This document shows positions 50,037-62,055 of a DNA stretch of 64,000 bases, piece after piece (the stretch's first letter is position 1; the number at the start of each line of letters is the position of its first letter). Origin of the DNA: an uncultured virus (IMG/VR IMGVR_UViG_3300044612_002689) (Duplodnaviria > Heunggongvirae > Uroviricota > Caudoviricetes); the IMG/VR virus record IMGVR_UViG_3300044612_002689; one strand, written 5' to 3'. The notes under the pieces were generated by a model that worked only from the letters and a program-made list of their open reading frames with translations, was not told the origin of the DNA and did not search any database. Both the position numbers and the translations under genes were made by a program.

Positions 50037-50930
50037 ATGAGATTTACTATATCTGAGTCTGAAAAAAGGGAAATTCTTAACATGTATTACTTGACCGAAG
50101 GTTTCTCAGGTGAGGAGCATGAAGGATATAGTAGTATGTCTGCATGTAAAAAAGACATACCATATAATGTTGTGACTAAAGCCGGTTTATCCTGGAAGAA
50201 GGTTCGACAAGAATATGGATCATCTGGAACACATTCTGAAAACACGGAACTTAGAAATAAATTTTGTGAGGGTTGGAGACCCGGAGATTCAAAGACTGAA
50301 GGTAAAAAAAATACCCATAAAGAGAAACCAGAACCATTAGTCAAACCAGAGGATGATGAAGAAGAAGTGGAAGATTTTCCAGAAACAAAAACTTCAAAAC
50401 CATCTAGTTCTTCATCCACAAAAAACAAAGAAGTTGACGACTTAATTTCACGAATGTCTAAAAAATATAATCTGAAAATTACCGCTGATCACATACAAAA
50501 AGAATTAGATCAAGAAGGTACGACAAGAGAAGATGGTGGTGGGATTAATAAAGAAGCGGAGTCTTCAGTTTTGAAGTTAATTAAATTTTGTAGAGGTAAA
50601 TATTCGAATGAAATTGGGTCGGTACAGAATATTGTATCTCATTATAGAAGTTATACCTCCCAAATCGATAATTTTGGAAAAAAGGCACAATCTAGGGGTG
50701 TTGACGATACTCAAAAATGGAATGCCCTTCCTGGGTTTAGCCAACACCACACAGGAAAGGCATTTGATATATTTTCAACTGACCCTGAGTGGTGGAATTC
50801 AAGACCTAATGTCAAATCTTGCATAAGAAATAATGCGTCAAAATATAATCTTGAAGTTACTTACACCGAATCAACAACAAGAGGAAAGGTAAGGGGTCCA
50901 GAACCCTGGCACTTATTTTATATAGGTTAA
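50037..50930 (+). CDS. M15B (VanY-like) D,D-peptidase
   Basis: SHYRSYTSQ, ALPGFSQHHTGKAFDI, EPWH. Confidence 0.85.
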   Translation: MRFTISESEKREILNMYYLTEGFSGEEHEGYSSMSACKKDIPYNVVTKAGLSWKKVRQEYGSSGTHSENTELRNKFCEGWRPGDSKTEGKKNTHKEKPEPLVKPEDDEEEVEDFPETKTSKPSSSSSTKNKEVDDLISRMSKKYNLKITADHIQKELDQEGTTREDGGGINKEAESSVLKLIKFCRGKYSNEIGSVQNIVSHYRSYTSQIDNFGKKAQSRGVDDTQKWNALPGFSQHHTGKAFDIFSTDPEWWNSRPNVKSCIRNNASKYNLEVTYTESTTRGKVRGPEPWHLFYIG

Positions 50931-50974
50931 CCTTCTATAGTAAGTAAATCATTCATAGGGTGTATTTATGATAT

Positions 50975-51550
50975 ATGAAATTTGTTATTTCTAAATCACA
51001 ATTCAAATATCTTGTTGAAGAAATTTCATCAGAAAGTTCTTACAGCCAGGAAATGGATTCTTCTATAAATGAACATCTAAAAAAACTTCACCCATATGTC
51101 CAAAAACAATTTAAAGAACTTTTTGACTATTGGAAATCGAAGGGAATTATTTTTAAGATATCAGAAAGTTATAGAGATTTCGAAAAACAAGAAATTTTTT
51201 TCGATAGAGGAACAAGCAAGGTTCCTGGGGGTTTAGGAATTCATAATTATGGTCATGCAGTTGATGTTTATCATTGGAATGGAACCAAATGGGATAGACC
51301 AACAGATGAGATGTTACAAATTGCCCAAAAAATGGGGTTTGAATCGTATGGGCTTTCATGGGGATGGGACTATTATCACATTCAATTTACTTCAGAATTT
51401 ACAAATCAAAAGGGTGGGGATTTGAAATTCCTCAAAAAATATGGTAGGCAACTTTTAAACACTTACGAAGTACCATCCACTGAAGATAAAAAAAAATATA
51501 TGAATCAATTAAATAAACTAGGTGCCACAAATTTTAATATAAAATTTTAG
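50975..51550 (+). CDS. M15C (L-Ala-D-Glu peptidase-like)
   Basis: SYRDFEKQ, HNYGHAVDV, WDYYHIQ. Confidence 0.8.
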   Translation: MKFVISKSQFKYLVEEISSESSYSQEMDSSINEHLKKLHPYVQKQFKELFDYWKSKGIIFKISESYRDFEKQEIFFDRGTSKVPGGLGIHNYGHAVDVYHWNGTKWDRPTDEMLQIAQKMGFESYGLSWGWDYYHIQFTSEFTNQKGGDLKFLKKYGRQLLNTYEVPSTEDKKKYMNQLNKLGATNFNIKF

Positions 51551-52543
51551 TATTTATAATAAAAACAATGACATGAAAAAAGTAATAAGATTGACAGAAT
51601 CAGATTTAATTAGAGTTGTAAAAAAAACAATCAAAGAAAGTCAGAATATAGAAGATGTGTATAGTGTAGAAGATATGTTTAACTATGTGATTAATATTTT
51701 ATCCACAAAAGGGGATATTAACACTATGAGGAGTATAGAAAAATACAGGGATGATTTTTTGAAATTGGAAGACGAACTCACAAGTGAATTATCTTTGATA
51801 AATTCAGATATAGAAATGCTTAGGTCAACCTCAAGTGAGGATGATTTATGCGAACAAGGGTATGAATTTTTAAATGAAATAATTCAACTTTACAACGAAT
51901 ATATGGGTGAGTATGAGATTGAAATTGAGTTATTGGAATTGGGTCATTTATTTGACGAATCTTTAAATATATTGAAAGGTCTTCTTGTTGAAAATGATTG
52001 CGATATAGACCCTTCAGATTTTCAACTATAACAACTAAAATCCAAACCGTGATTATTGATAAAGAATAACCATTATGAAAATAATTATTAATCCGAAACA
52101 AAAAAAATTATTAGTTGAGTCCCAAGACGAATTTCTCAAAAACTTTTTAATAAAAAATGGTTTAGATTTTACAAATAAAATCTCAATAATTCAATCATCC
52201 TATGATATACCACTTGAATTAAGCAGAGTTTCACCTCCAGAATATACAAGAAGTATGTTAAATTTTTATGGTCCAATGTTTTTGATTGATATTGAGGGTG
52301 AAAAATTTTTATATCAGAATAGACTTGATCAGGAGTGGATTATTAGTGAAAATGGATTTATATATAATTTATATGAAATACCCAAGTTAGAAAAGTTTTT
52401 TGCGTTGGGGTTAAAATTTTCCAAAATTATTGATCTGTTTTGGGAAGATGACTTTTATTGAAAATAAAATCATAAACACTATTGATTATTATATTTATAT
52501 TTGTTAATATTTGTTAACAAATAAACCAATTAATTTTTTATTT

Positions 52544-52720
52544 ATGAAAATGTTAGTTTTGTCAGGTCTTTTGACCATGATTTTCACAATTCTAGTTAGT
52601 TCTTGTGGTTCAGAAAACTCAAAAACTGAGTCAACTCAAAACACCACTACAACAGATACTACTGGAAATGATGATTCAACTCAAAATGCATCTGACAACA
52701 AATCATCCCTTGAAAAATAA
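52544..52720 (+). CDS. Small lipoprotein
   Basis: ..ILVSS-CGSENSK followed by a T/S/D-rich tail. Confidence 0.6.
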   Translation: MKMLVLSGLLTMIFTILVSSCGSENSKTESTQNTTTTDTTGNDDSTQNASDNKSSLEK

Positions 52721-54343
52721 TTTATATTTTATAGAATTATTTAACCCCATTTAATTAATGGGGTTTTTTATTTGAATAAATTCGTATATTTATTATAAAA
52801 AAAAATGAAAAAAATTATAAAGTTAACAGAAAGGGATTTAGAAAAAATTGTAAAACAAGTGATTATAGAAAGTGAAAATCAAGTTGTCAAATATAGGGAT
52901 GTACCACCAAACAATCTACGTAAATTAGAAAAAGAATTAATTAATAATGGTATAGACGCTAAAATAAGTGGTTTGATGAATGATTTTATTGAGGTAAGAA
53001 AACCAGGAGAAGACCTACAAATCACGGTTAATTCAGATGGTAGATATGTCATTCAACCAAGAAGAGCAAGATCAAAAGACGATCAAGTATTGTTTGTGAG
53101 TGTACCAAAACATAACGGAACTTTTGAGGATAATTTGGAGGTTGGGATTCGTTCGGTTCTAAGTTTTTTTAAGTTTGCCAATAAAAAAGAAGAAGGAAGA
53201 ATGCCAGAAGGTGGTAGATTTATGCACAAAAAATTCGATTAATAGTTTTGGAGCCGATATCACTGATTATAAAAAATTTTTTGGAGAAGAATGTTTTAAT
53301 TCGTTATCCAAAAGTTTGTTTTATTAAGGTAGAACAAATAAAAGATGATATCTTCGAACTTAACTCTCTTCATCTAATAGTATATTTTGATAATTCAAAT
53401 TTAGGTTCTTCCCATAAAGATGATTGTCTAAACGAATGTTGGGAACAAGTTCATGACATTTTTAAAATTACTATGGCCGTATATAAGAAAGATGTTGATT
53501 GTGATCAAAAAATAGTCACCGAATCATCAAGAAAAATAATTTCTCTTAATCATATCAAAAGAAGAGAATCAATATTGATAGACATTTTTGAAAAATCATC
53601 AAAAGATCCTGATTTCGACCCATGTACTTATCCCAGATATGAACAATATAAAAGAATATTGTTTAATAAAATTCTATCTGATTTTTTATACACTTATGGG
53701 GATCTGAAAATCAATGGTTCAGAATTTAATGAAGTTCAAAGTTATCTGTCCTCATTATTTTCAAAAAAAACTTACAATACCTATCATAATGCCGATTGTG
53801 AGGAATAAATTTTTAAAAAATTTTATTCATTATTGTTTGTAAATGTTTTTTTTAATATTTATAACAGAATTAGATTTTCTATTTTCATTATTTTATTATA
53901 ATTAATTATATGAATAAAAGTAGGTTCAAACAACTTTTAGAGTCATCTGTTGGGAATGTAAAACCTTTGACAGAAAACAAATTTTCAACTCAAGATATAA
54001 CTTTTGAGAGGGGTGACAATTTCTGTAAACTTAAAATTGGTTATCAAGAAGATACTGAGGGTAGACATTACAACCCTCTTTTGATTTGTAATGACAATTT
54101 TTTAGGTGAAGATTCCATAAGGTTTGTATTTTCAGAACTTAAATCAAGAACCTTTCAAGGGGCTAATGATCTTGTTTGTAAGTACTTGGAACCCTTATCA
54201 GAAAAAATACAAGACATTATGGATAAAGGGGATGGTAGACTTTCGGATGTTGTAGAAAGTACTCAAAGATTTGGTCGTTATGAGGTTTTTGACGACCCGA
54301 TTATTTGTGACAGCAATTTATTTGATAATTAATTAATACATAT

Positions 54344-54523
54344 ATGAATAACGAACAAAAAGCAAAAGAATATGAAAGACTCATGTTTGAATACACAAGA
54401 ATTCAAAATAGAATTTCATCAATCAAAGGGGAATCTATTAACTTGAATGAGATTCAATTACGACAAGTCAGAGAATTAGAGACTAAACTTAGACATATAA
54501 CTGAGTCGGCATCAAGATTATAA
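54344..54523 (+). CDS. Small coiled-coil protein (not in ORF track)
   Basis: Manual translation MNNEQKAKEYERLMFEYTRIQNRISSIKGES.., 59 aa. Confidence 0.6.
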   Translation: MNNEQKAKEYERLMFEYTRIQNRISSIKGESINLNEIQLRQVRELETKLRHITESASRL

Positions 54524-55197
54524 AAAGTAATCTTAAATGAATAAACTGTCTATTTATGTTGCGGCAATCGTCACAATTATTCTATTATTTTTTATTTTAC
54601 CAAATTTTCTAATTTATCTTATCGGGTGTTACCAAATAGGTTCCTGGGTGGGTTCTTGGTTATCGAATCAATTAGATAAACTTGATTAGTATTTTTTGTA
54701 TTTAGGGATATTTATTATTGTAAATAATAATAATAATAATGAAACAAATAAGACTTTCCGAATCTCAACTTGTCAATCTTATAAAAAAGATAATCAAAGA
54801 AAATACCGAATCGGAAAATAAAATATCCATTTTGAAGTCTCAAGCAGGGACTACCCTCAAAAATAATCCATGTTGGTCTCAAGGTTTATGTCCAAAAGTT
54901 GAAAGTGGTTCAGTCATTGAAGGGGAGTGTGAATTTTGTCCGGGTCCATTAGCGGGCATCATAATTCCTGCTATTGGCGGAATTGTTTTGGGGGTAAAAA
55001 TGGCATTAAACCGAAGAGATGATAAAAAACGCCAACAAGAACAATTATGGATAAAACAATTTCCGGATTTGAAAAATCGCGAATTTATATATTTTAAAGA
55101 TGGAAGTGTTCAGGCGGTCAAAACTACCGATAAGAATGATGTTATGATCAAATCCAAAGAAGGTAATTGGGTTAAATTAGATATATAAAAAAAGTAT

Positions 55198-57213
55198 ATG
55201 AAAATAATAGTTTCCGAATCCCAATATAAATTTCTTCTAGAAAATATTCCAGTAATTAATCAAATTATTGATAAAATGTCAGAGGTTGGGTATGATGGTC
55301 TTGACGACAAAGAAAAAACAATACTAAGTGATTATAGTCAATGGTTACAGAGTGGACAAAAAAACGAATTCAAATACGAAGACGATGATGATGTGGGTGA
55401 CCAAGAGGTTGGTAAAAAAATAAAAGCCGCATTGGACTTAAGAGATAACCACAAACAAATAGTCATAAATGGTGAATTACAAAATTTAGGTCCTGTTGAA
55501 TTCGTGACAAATGATGTACCAAAATCATTTGATAAATATATTGAATACGAATCATCAATACGATGGGATGATGAAAACTGGGATGGTTATATTGAAGTTG
55601 ACTATGATGGGAATCTTGTAGGTACTCATTATGGATTGTTACCTAATGATGAAGAATCGGATTATTTATTGTATGAACCAGAGAATTATATTTCTTTGGA
55701 AGAAGAAATGGGATCTTTATGGGATGAACTAACTACATGGATTGAAGAAGTGGTAATTCCACAATTATAAAAACTTTTTCACTATGAAAATAATAATAAC
55801 AGAATCCCAACTCAAAAAAATTAGGTTAATATTGAAAGAAGATGATCAATTGAATGAATATGGTCTTACTGATGACGAAATGCGTGAAGTTGAGAAAATC
55901 GTTGAGGAAGAAGTTAAGGATGATCTTGAAAGACTAAAAAATAATATACAGGAATTACAAAAACAGGTAGATTTATATTCAAATTTTGATTTTTCTAACA
56001 TTTCCGATTTACATGACAGTGTAAAAGATTTTATTATACAAGACTTCATCAAACCAAAGAAAAAAGAATTAGAGAAACTAAAAAATGGGCTTGAGAATTT
56101 CAATTTTGAAGATTGGAAACAAAAAAAAATGCAGTGGCATTTATATAGTGCTGGAGGTGTTGGGTTTGCGTTTAGATATAACAGATATCGAGAAGAAGCA
56201 CTTAATAGAAAACTTACTAAAGAAGATATAATAGATCTATTTGTTACTGCTTTAGAGGGTGGATCTAACTACTGGTATTATATGGACTTACCTGATAATA
56301 TAAAAAGTTATGGGCAGTTTATATCTGAAGCCGTTGGAGAATATATCTTACAAGGAAACAAAGTTTATTTTTATGATGATGAATTAAGATCTGAGGTAAT
56401 TCGTAATTTTAATAGAGGGGAATATAAAATAGAAGGTGATATTATTGATCAAAAAAGATTTGATGAAGATATTGATGAAACATATTTAGGATATGTTGAC
56501 ATGGATAAAATCTTGGACTCAATATCAGTAATAAAAACAGAATACCCTGAAATCTGGGAAAACATACTATTAGAGCAGGCAGATGCTGGAGATGCTGATG
56601 TTTTTTTACAATTGTGTGTTATGGGTGAAATAGTTTTTGGATGATGAAAATAATAATTAAGGAGTCTCAATTTACAAGGTTAGTTGAAAATCAAAATTAC
56701 ATTGATTCTATACTTGATAAAATGTCAGACAAAGGATATGAATCATTAAGTATAGATGAAAAAAAGTTTTTAGAATTTTTTTCCAAACAAGAAAGAATTA
56801 GAGAAAAAGAAAAAACTCATGGTGAAAAAAATTTAAATGATGAAGAAAAAAGTATTTTAAATTTAGATTTATCACCTGAAACCATTTCTTTTAAAGAAGA
56901 AGACCCCAGAGAGGGAACGTCCTTTGAATCTTCGTTTGATAATTTTCCAAAAATTACTTTTATTTTTGATTACGAGGAAAAAGAAGATAATCAAATTCAT
57001 TTATATGGGACTTTATATTTTGATGATATGGAATATCATGGAGTTATTGTAACTAATAAATCACAGAATTTAATTGATTATGATTTTATTGATGCAAATA
57101 TAGACTTTACAACAAGAAACGTCACAAATCTAATGGATGACAATTATGATAAAAGGGGAATGTTTGAAAATTTTTTTGAAAATGAGGTTATTCCTAAATT
57201 ATTATCATTCTGA
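55198..57213 (+). CDS. Three MKIII(T/K/S)ESQ-leader proteins; 55198 and 56641 are paralogs with a DUF6576-like motif
   Basis: IIDKMSEVGYDGLDDKEK / ILDKMSDKGYESLSIDEK. Confidence 0.65.
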
Positions 57214-57237
57214 TATATTTATAAATAAAAACATCTT

Positions 57238-58074
57238 ATGAAAAGATTTATTATAACTGAAGAAGAAAAATCTAGAATTTTAAATTTACATAGTTTAGCA
57301 TCCAAAAAATTTGTGGTTTCAGAGGCATATGAAGGTGGATTAGTAATGCAGGGTGACAAAATTTGTGATATTGTTTGTAAAAACAAATATGCCGGGGTAG
57401 GTGCAAAAGGAGATATTGTAAAAATGATTCAACACCTACTTTCAAATAACGGATTTGGGGGTGATTTTTACGGTGGGGGCATGAAACAGGGATGTGATAC
57501 TGAATACCCAAGTTGTGATGGTGATTACAAAACTAGAACCAAAGATGCTGTGACCTCATTTCAACAAAAATATAGATTATCACCCGATGGGGTTGTTGGT
57601 TACGAAACTCATAAAGCGATGTGTGATAATTTGAAATTCACAAATTCATTACCAAAAGCAACCTTTTGTCCAACATGTAAGTGTGAAAATAACCAAAACC
57701 AAAATGAAATTCCCACAGACCAAGAAGGAAATAATGAAATAATTAATCAAATTCCAAATCTTGATTGTGAAAAAATTAAAAAATGTTTGATTGACAATAT
57801 AAACAACCCATCACAAATTTTTACTTGTTTATTGGGTTCAGATATCCAAATTCCTGGTACTGGAGATATTCCAACAATTCCTGGTACTGGAGATATTCCA
57901 ACAATTCCTGGAATTCCGAACATGTCTGGATGTCAGGTTTGTCAATATTTAATGGATAAAAATACTGGATATATAGATATACAACCCATAACAAATATAG
58001 ATCCTTTACGACAGTATAAAGTAAAGTTTTCGAAATATTGTGCAGAAAACTGTAAAATTGGAACCACACAATAA
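57238..58074 (+). CDS. Cys-rich PG-binding domain protein
   Basis: VKMIQHLL..DG.Y..TKDAVTSFQ..DGVVG. Confidence 0.7.
   Translation: MKRFIITEEEKSRILNLHSLASKKFVVSEAYEGGLVMQGDKICDIVCKNKYAGVGAKGDIVKMIQHLLSNNGFGGDFYGGGMKQGCDTEYPSCDGDYKTRTKDAVTSFQQKYRLSPDGVVGYETHKAMCDNLKFTNSLPKATFCPTCKCENNQNQNEIPTDQEGNNEIINQIPNLDCEKIKKCLIDNINNPSQIFTCLLGSDIQIPGTGDIPTIPGTGDIPTIPGIPNMSGCQVCQYLMDKNTGYIDIQPITNIDPLRQYKVKFSKYCAENCKIGTTQ
57850..57911 (+). repeat. 27-bp tandem repeat (IPGTGDIPT x2 plus partial)
   Basis: ATTCCTGGTACTGGAGATATTCCAACA exact duplication. Confidence 0.9.
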
Positions 58075-58128
58075 AAAACATTTTACTTATTATTTATTTT
58101 TTCATATATTTGTAAAAATTTTTACATA

Positions 58129-58398
58129 ATGAAAAAACCAATTTTATTTTTATCCTTTATTTGTATATCTTCTTTTTACTTTTCTCAGACCAGTTCTAGA
58201 AGTTTTGAAGTAGTACCCAATGACAAGATTATAAAGTCACCGGGGTGTACTCAAAAACCAAACACACTCCCTACTCCAGTGAAGAACATTATTAAAGTTA
58301 CTGATCTTACCGGACAAGAGTGTAATTTGGAATTTAATAAATTTTTAATAATTTATTTTGATGATTCTAGTATTGAAAAAGTTTTCATTGAACAATAG
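58129..58398 (+). CDS. Secreted small protein with T9SS C-terminal-domain-like tail
   Basis: Signal peptide; IIKVTDLTGQE..FLIIYFDDSSIEKVFI. Confidence 0.5.
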   Translation: MKKPILFLSFICISSFYFSQTSSRSFEVVPNDKIIKSPGCTQKPNTLPTPVKNIIKVTDLTGQECNLEFNKFLIIYFDDSSIEKVFIEQ

Positions 58399-58933
58399 AA
58401 TTTTTGAATCGGTTATCCCCAGATTTTTTGGGGATTTTTTTTTGGTTGATATTTATAGTTAAAAATGGAAAGACAAGAATTTGAAGAAAAAATAAAAGTT
58501 ATAAAATATGTAATTTTATCTAAATTAAATTTGCTTAGTGACTATATGAATAAACAAGTAAAATTTAATTTGGAAGACCATATAGGGATGGGTTATGAAA
58601 ATTTTGATGGACACGAGTTTTGGTTTACTTTACAGGTCTCTCTTGACTGTGATGACTGCGGGTTCGAACCTTTACGTATTGGATCCGAGGTGAGACAATT
58701 TATGGGAGATTTACGAAATGCAAGTATTTTTCCAATAGATTCAAGAACACTCAAAGTAAACACTGGAAATGAGTGTGGTGCTGGGACAAAATTAGATTTT
58801 TTAGAGTTCTTCGATAATGATGGAATAATGAATTTAGAGTTAACCTTAAGAATAGATATTAATTAGATCTATTTACTAATCTCATATTTATTTTATTTTT
58901 CAATTAAAATAAACTAAAAAAAAACAAAAATTT

Positions 58934-59410
58934 ATGGAAACACAATCATTTGTTTTGGGTATGCTTATGACTTATGGGGTAACATTGACCGCTCTAGTTG
59001 TTATAGGTTTAGTCAAGATTAGTAGGTTGGTAAAACAACAAAAGTCACTTGAGGATTATATTTCTAACATAAGATTAGAAATGGATTCAAGAGAAAGAGA
59101 TGTTCGAAGAATTATGGACGAGACTAACAGAGAAATTACGTTGGTGGAAAGAACTATTATGCAACGAATTGATAAAGAAATCGATTTAACTAATCGACAT
59201 ATTCATGATGAAGTAGTTATGATTCATAGGCATGAAGATGAGATAGAAAAAACAATTCATGAAATTGATAAAAAACACCAAATGCATGAAGATGAAATTA
59301 TTCGTACTTTAGAAGGGAGAATATCGGATGCCATTTCATATACAGATTCAAGAATCGATAAAGTTGTTTTATCAGGTACTATCACAGGTTCCAAAAGACC
59401 AACTGTTTGA
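58934..59410 (+). CDS. Membrane-anchored coiled-coil protein
   Basis: N-terminal TM helix, coiled coil, SYTDSRIDK. Confidence 0.65.
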   Translation: METQSFVLGMLMTYGVTLTALVVIGLVKISRLVKQQKSLEDYISNIRLEMDSRERDVRRIMDETNREITLVERTIMQRIDKEIDLTNRHIHDEVVMIHRHEDEIEKTIHEIDKKHQMHEDEIIRTLEGRISDAISYTDSRIDKVVLSGTITGSKRPTV

Positions 59411-59962
59411 TAAATTAAACATACAACGAACTAAACCTCATCTTTTTCGATGGGGTTTTTTATTTTTATGATATTTATAAAATATGATTTCTAAAATTAG
59501 ACTATTATTAGAAAATGAAAGTATTAAACAAGAGATTGAAAAATTAATACAAAGATATGGTGTTGTTCATGCGTCAAATGCTGTTGGGGGATTTAAGAAA
59601 TTACACAATTTAACAAAAGGGGAGTCTTCTGGTGACGATTTTGAGGATTTTAATAATTTTATAACAGATAAAGTTTTTAGTTTAAACGATTCTAATGAAC
59701 TCGAAATGAGATTCAAAGTACTATCTTCAAATAAAGTAACCATTGATAATAGTATTGGGTTCATGATGGATTGCGTCGTACTTGAAGGAAGATATTTTGC
59801 TGATAATGATAGATATGAACTCCATTTTGCATCTGGAGATATACCATTGGATGATTTTAGTTCATATTTTGAATTTAAAGAATATGTTGAATATGAAATT
59901 TCTAGTTTTTTATTCAAAATTTGTAATGAATTTAATATAAAAGTAGATTTTATTAATATACA

Positions 59963-61075
59963 ATGGTAGAAGAAGAGAACAATAACTACGGAGATACCTA
60001 TAATTTTTTATTAAATGTGAGTAATGGGTATGATCCATATTACAATTATCCCTCAGATTATATTTATAGACTAGAGTTTAATAAAACAAATCCAAAATTT
60101 TCAAAGGTTTATATTAGATTTGACTCAACTGAAAAATTTTTGAAAACCTTAGGTTTGGATGATTCTGATATTCGAGAATATGAAGATGCATTTTCACCAT
60201 ATTATAACTATTACCAAACAGATGAATATACCTGGAAAGAGGAATGGTTAGATGGGTATATTATAAACTATTTTGATCCGGAAAATCTTAATTTGTTATC
60301 TGAGATATTGAAAATAACAAACCCAACTTTACGTCTTAGTGATCATGCTGAAGTTTCTGAGTTTTTATACAATACATATGGTGATAAAGTTGAAGATATG
60401 TATTTAAGTTTTGGATCGGAAATGGATGATTGCATTACACAACGTGTAAAAGATATAATGATTAGCGAGTGTAAAGATCCTTACAAAAAGATTGGAATCG
60501 AAGAGGAACACTATGGTTATTTATATAGTACAACAGTAGCAAACTTATTATTATGGTACCGAATGAGTCAAAAAGAAAATGAAGATGTTGATCAAGTTTT
60601 GACATATTGGGTCGAAAAACTAGATTCTGATAAAGATATTGGGTTTTGGGATGAACTTAAGTATAACGTAAATTGTCAAATAGAAGATTTAGATATATCT
60701 TCTATTAATAGTACATTTAAATGGTCTTTAGAAAAAATCTTAGAGGACGCAGAATCTAAATTAGATGAAAATTTAGATTTTGAAAATTATTTGGAACTTT
60801 ACAATAAAGTAAATGAAATGGGTGGTTTTGGGTATTGGATTTCTATCCCGAACAAAAAAATAGAGGTTCGTTTTAAAAAGTTAAATTTTGAAAGGCCATA
60901 TCTTGTGTTTGATGTTTATAAACCAAATCCTCAAGGGTCTGATTCTCCATACAGCCAAGGAAGTACAGAAGTGCGAAGTGCAAATAATATAGAGGAATTA
61001 AATTTAAGTTTGTTTGAACCTGAACTATTCGAAAGATATATTTTAATTCAAAATAAACTTCGGCGATTAATATAA
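59963..61075 (+). CDS. Hypothetical protein
   Basis: 370-aa ORF. Confidence 0.7.
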   Translation: MVEEENNNYGDTYNFLLNVSNGYDPYYNYPSDYIYRLEFNKTNPKFSKVYIRFDSTEKFLKTLGLDDSDIREYEDAFSPYYNYYQTDEYTWKEEWLDGYIINYFDPENLNLLSEILKITNPTLRLSDHAEVSEFLYNTYGDKVEDMYLSFGSEMDDCITQRVKDIMISECKDPYKKIGIEEEHYGYLYSTTVANLLLWYRMSQKENEDVDQVLTYWVEKLDSDKDIGFWDELKYNVNCQIEDLDISSINSTFKWSLEKILEDAESKLDENLDFENYLELYNKVNEMGGFGYWISIPNKKIEVRFKKLNFERPYLVFDVYKPNPQGSDSPYSQGSTEVRSANNIEELNLSLFEPELFERYILIQNKLRRLI

Positions 61076-61081
61076 TAAGTT

Positions 61082-61765
61082 GTGAATAGAAAGGCACTTT
61101 TTTCCTATTTATCTTCTTTTGGTGAAGATGTAATTATTGTTGACATGATGTATTTTGGTTATAATTTGGAAGATGTGGAATTATTCGACCTTAATAGAAA
61201 AAAAACTTTTCCAGTTATAGACATAGTTAGAAATTTTTTAAATGAAATAGTCATAGACTATTTACCAGATATACTCAAAAAACTAGAGAATAAATCAAAT
61301 GATAGAACTGACATAATATTAAAAATTAATAAATCAGAATCACCGTTAAGATTTTTAAATCAAATCATACTTGAAAAAGTTCTTTATGAATCGGAGTATG
61401 AAAAATATGACGTTGGTAAATCAAATATTAAAGGTGATGATCATAAAATTGTTAAAAAATTTTTAAATCAAGAATATATTGATAACTTTGTGGTGTTTTT
61501 TGATGGTGAGGGGGGTTATATTTATTGTGACCGTTATTATTTAGAAGTTCCTGACCCAAGTTTGAGAAATCAAAGATGGTGGAATAAACTTACAGATGAC
61601 ATCGAAGACCTTGTAACAAAATTTGTTTTTTATGAGTTTGGTTCAAGATGGGCAGATGATCCTGGAGGAACGGGTTGGATTGAGTTTAAAGAAGATGAAT
61701 ATTATTCGGAGTTAACAACCTTTGGGGTTGATTGGAATAAATTAGAATTAAATATAAAAATATGA
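61082..61765 (+). CDS. Hypothetical protein, possibly a distant DUF6878-like paralog
   Basis: FDGEGG...W.DD.GGTG.I resembles 18597/19322. Confidence 0.5.
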   Translation: MNRKALFSYLSSFGEDVIIVDMMYFGYNLEDVELFDLNRKKTFPVIDIVRNFLNEIVIDYLPDILKKLENKSNDRTDIILKINKSESPLRFLNQIILEKVLYESEYEKYDVGKSNIKGDDHKIVKKFLNQEYIDNFVVFFDGEGGYIYCDRYYLEVPDPSLRNQRWWNKLTDDIEDLVTKFVFYEFGSRWADDPGGTGWIEFKEDEYYSELTTFGVDWNKLELNIKI

Positions 61766-62055
61766 CACTAGGAACAATTTGTGAATTTAAACTCAATTTT
61801 GAAAATGCCGACTTTTGGTTAATTAGAAAAGGTTCGGAGAAAACAGTGGGAACCCCAACTAGATCTTTCAATGAAGAAAACATTGGGGTAAAAGTTCGTG
61901 AAGAATATTTAGACAGAGTTTTACCTGATTTTCTTTTTTATTACTTTCAGTATCTTCAACAGATTGGGATGTTCTCACAATTATCTCATGGAACACTTCA
62001 ATTAAAAAATATTTCATTGAACGACATCAAGAACCTACCTGTGTCTTTCCAATAA
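61762..62055 (+). CDS. Small HsdS/TRD-like protein
   Basis: TLGTIC..LPDFLFYYF..F..GT..NIS..DIKNLPV pattern of type I R-M S subunits. Confidence 0.5.
   Translation: MTLGTICEFKLNFENADFWLIRKGSEKTVGTPTRSFNEENIGVKVREEYLDRVLPDFLFYYFQYLQQIGMFSQLSHGTLQLKNISLNDIKNLPVSFQ

Noticed and set aside
57850..57911. 27-bp repeat as a mini-CRISPR
   Set aside because: Head-to-tail in-frame duplication without spacers.
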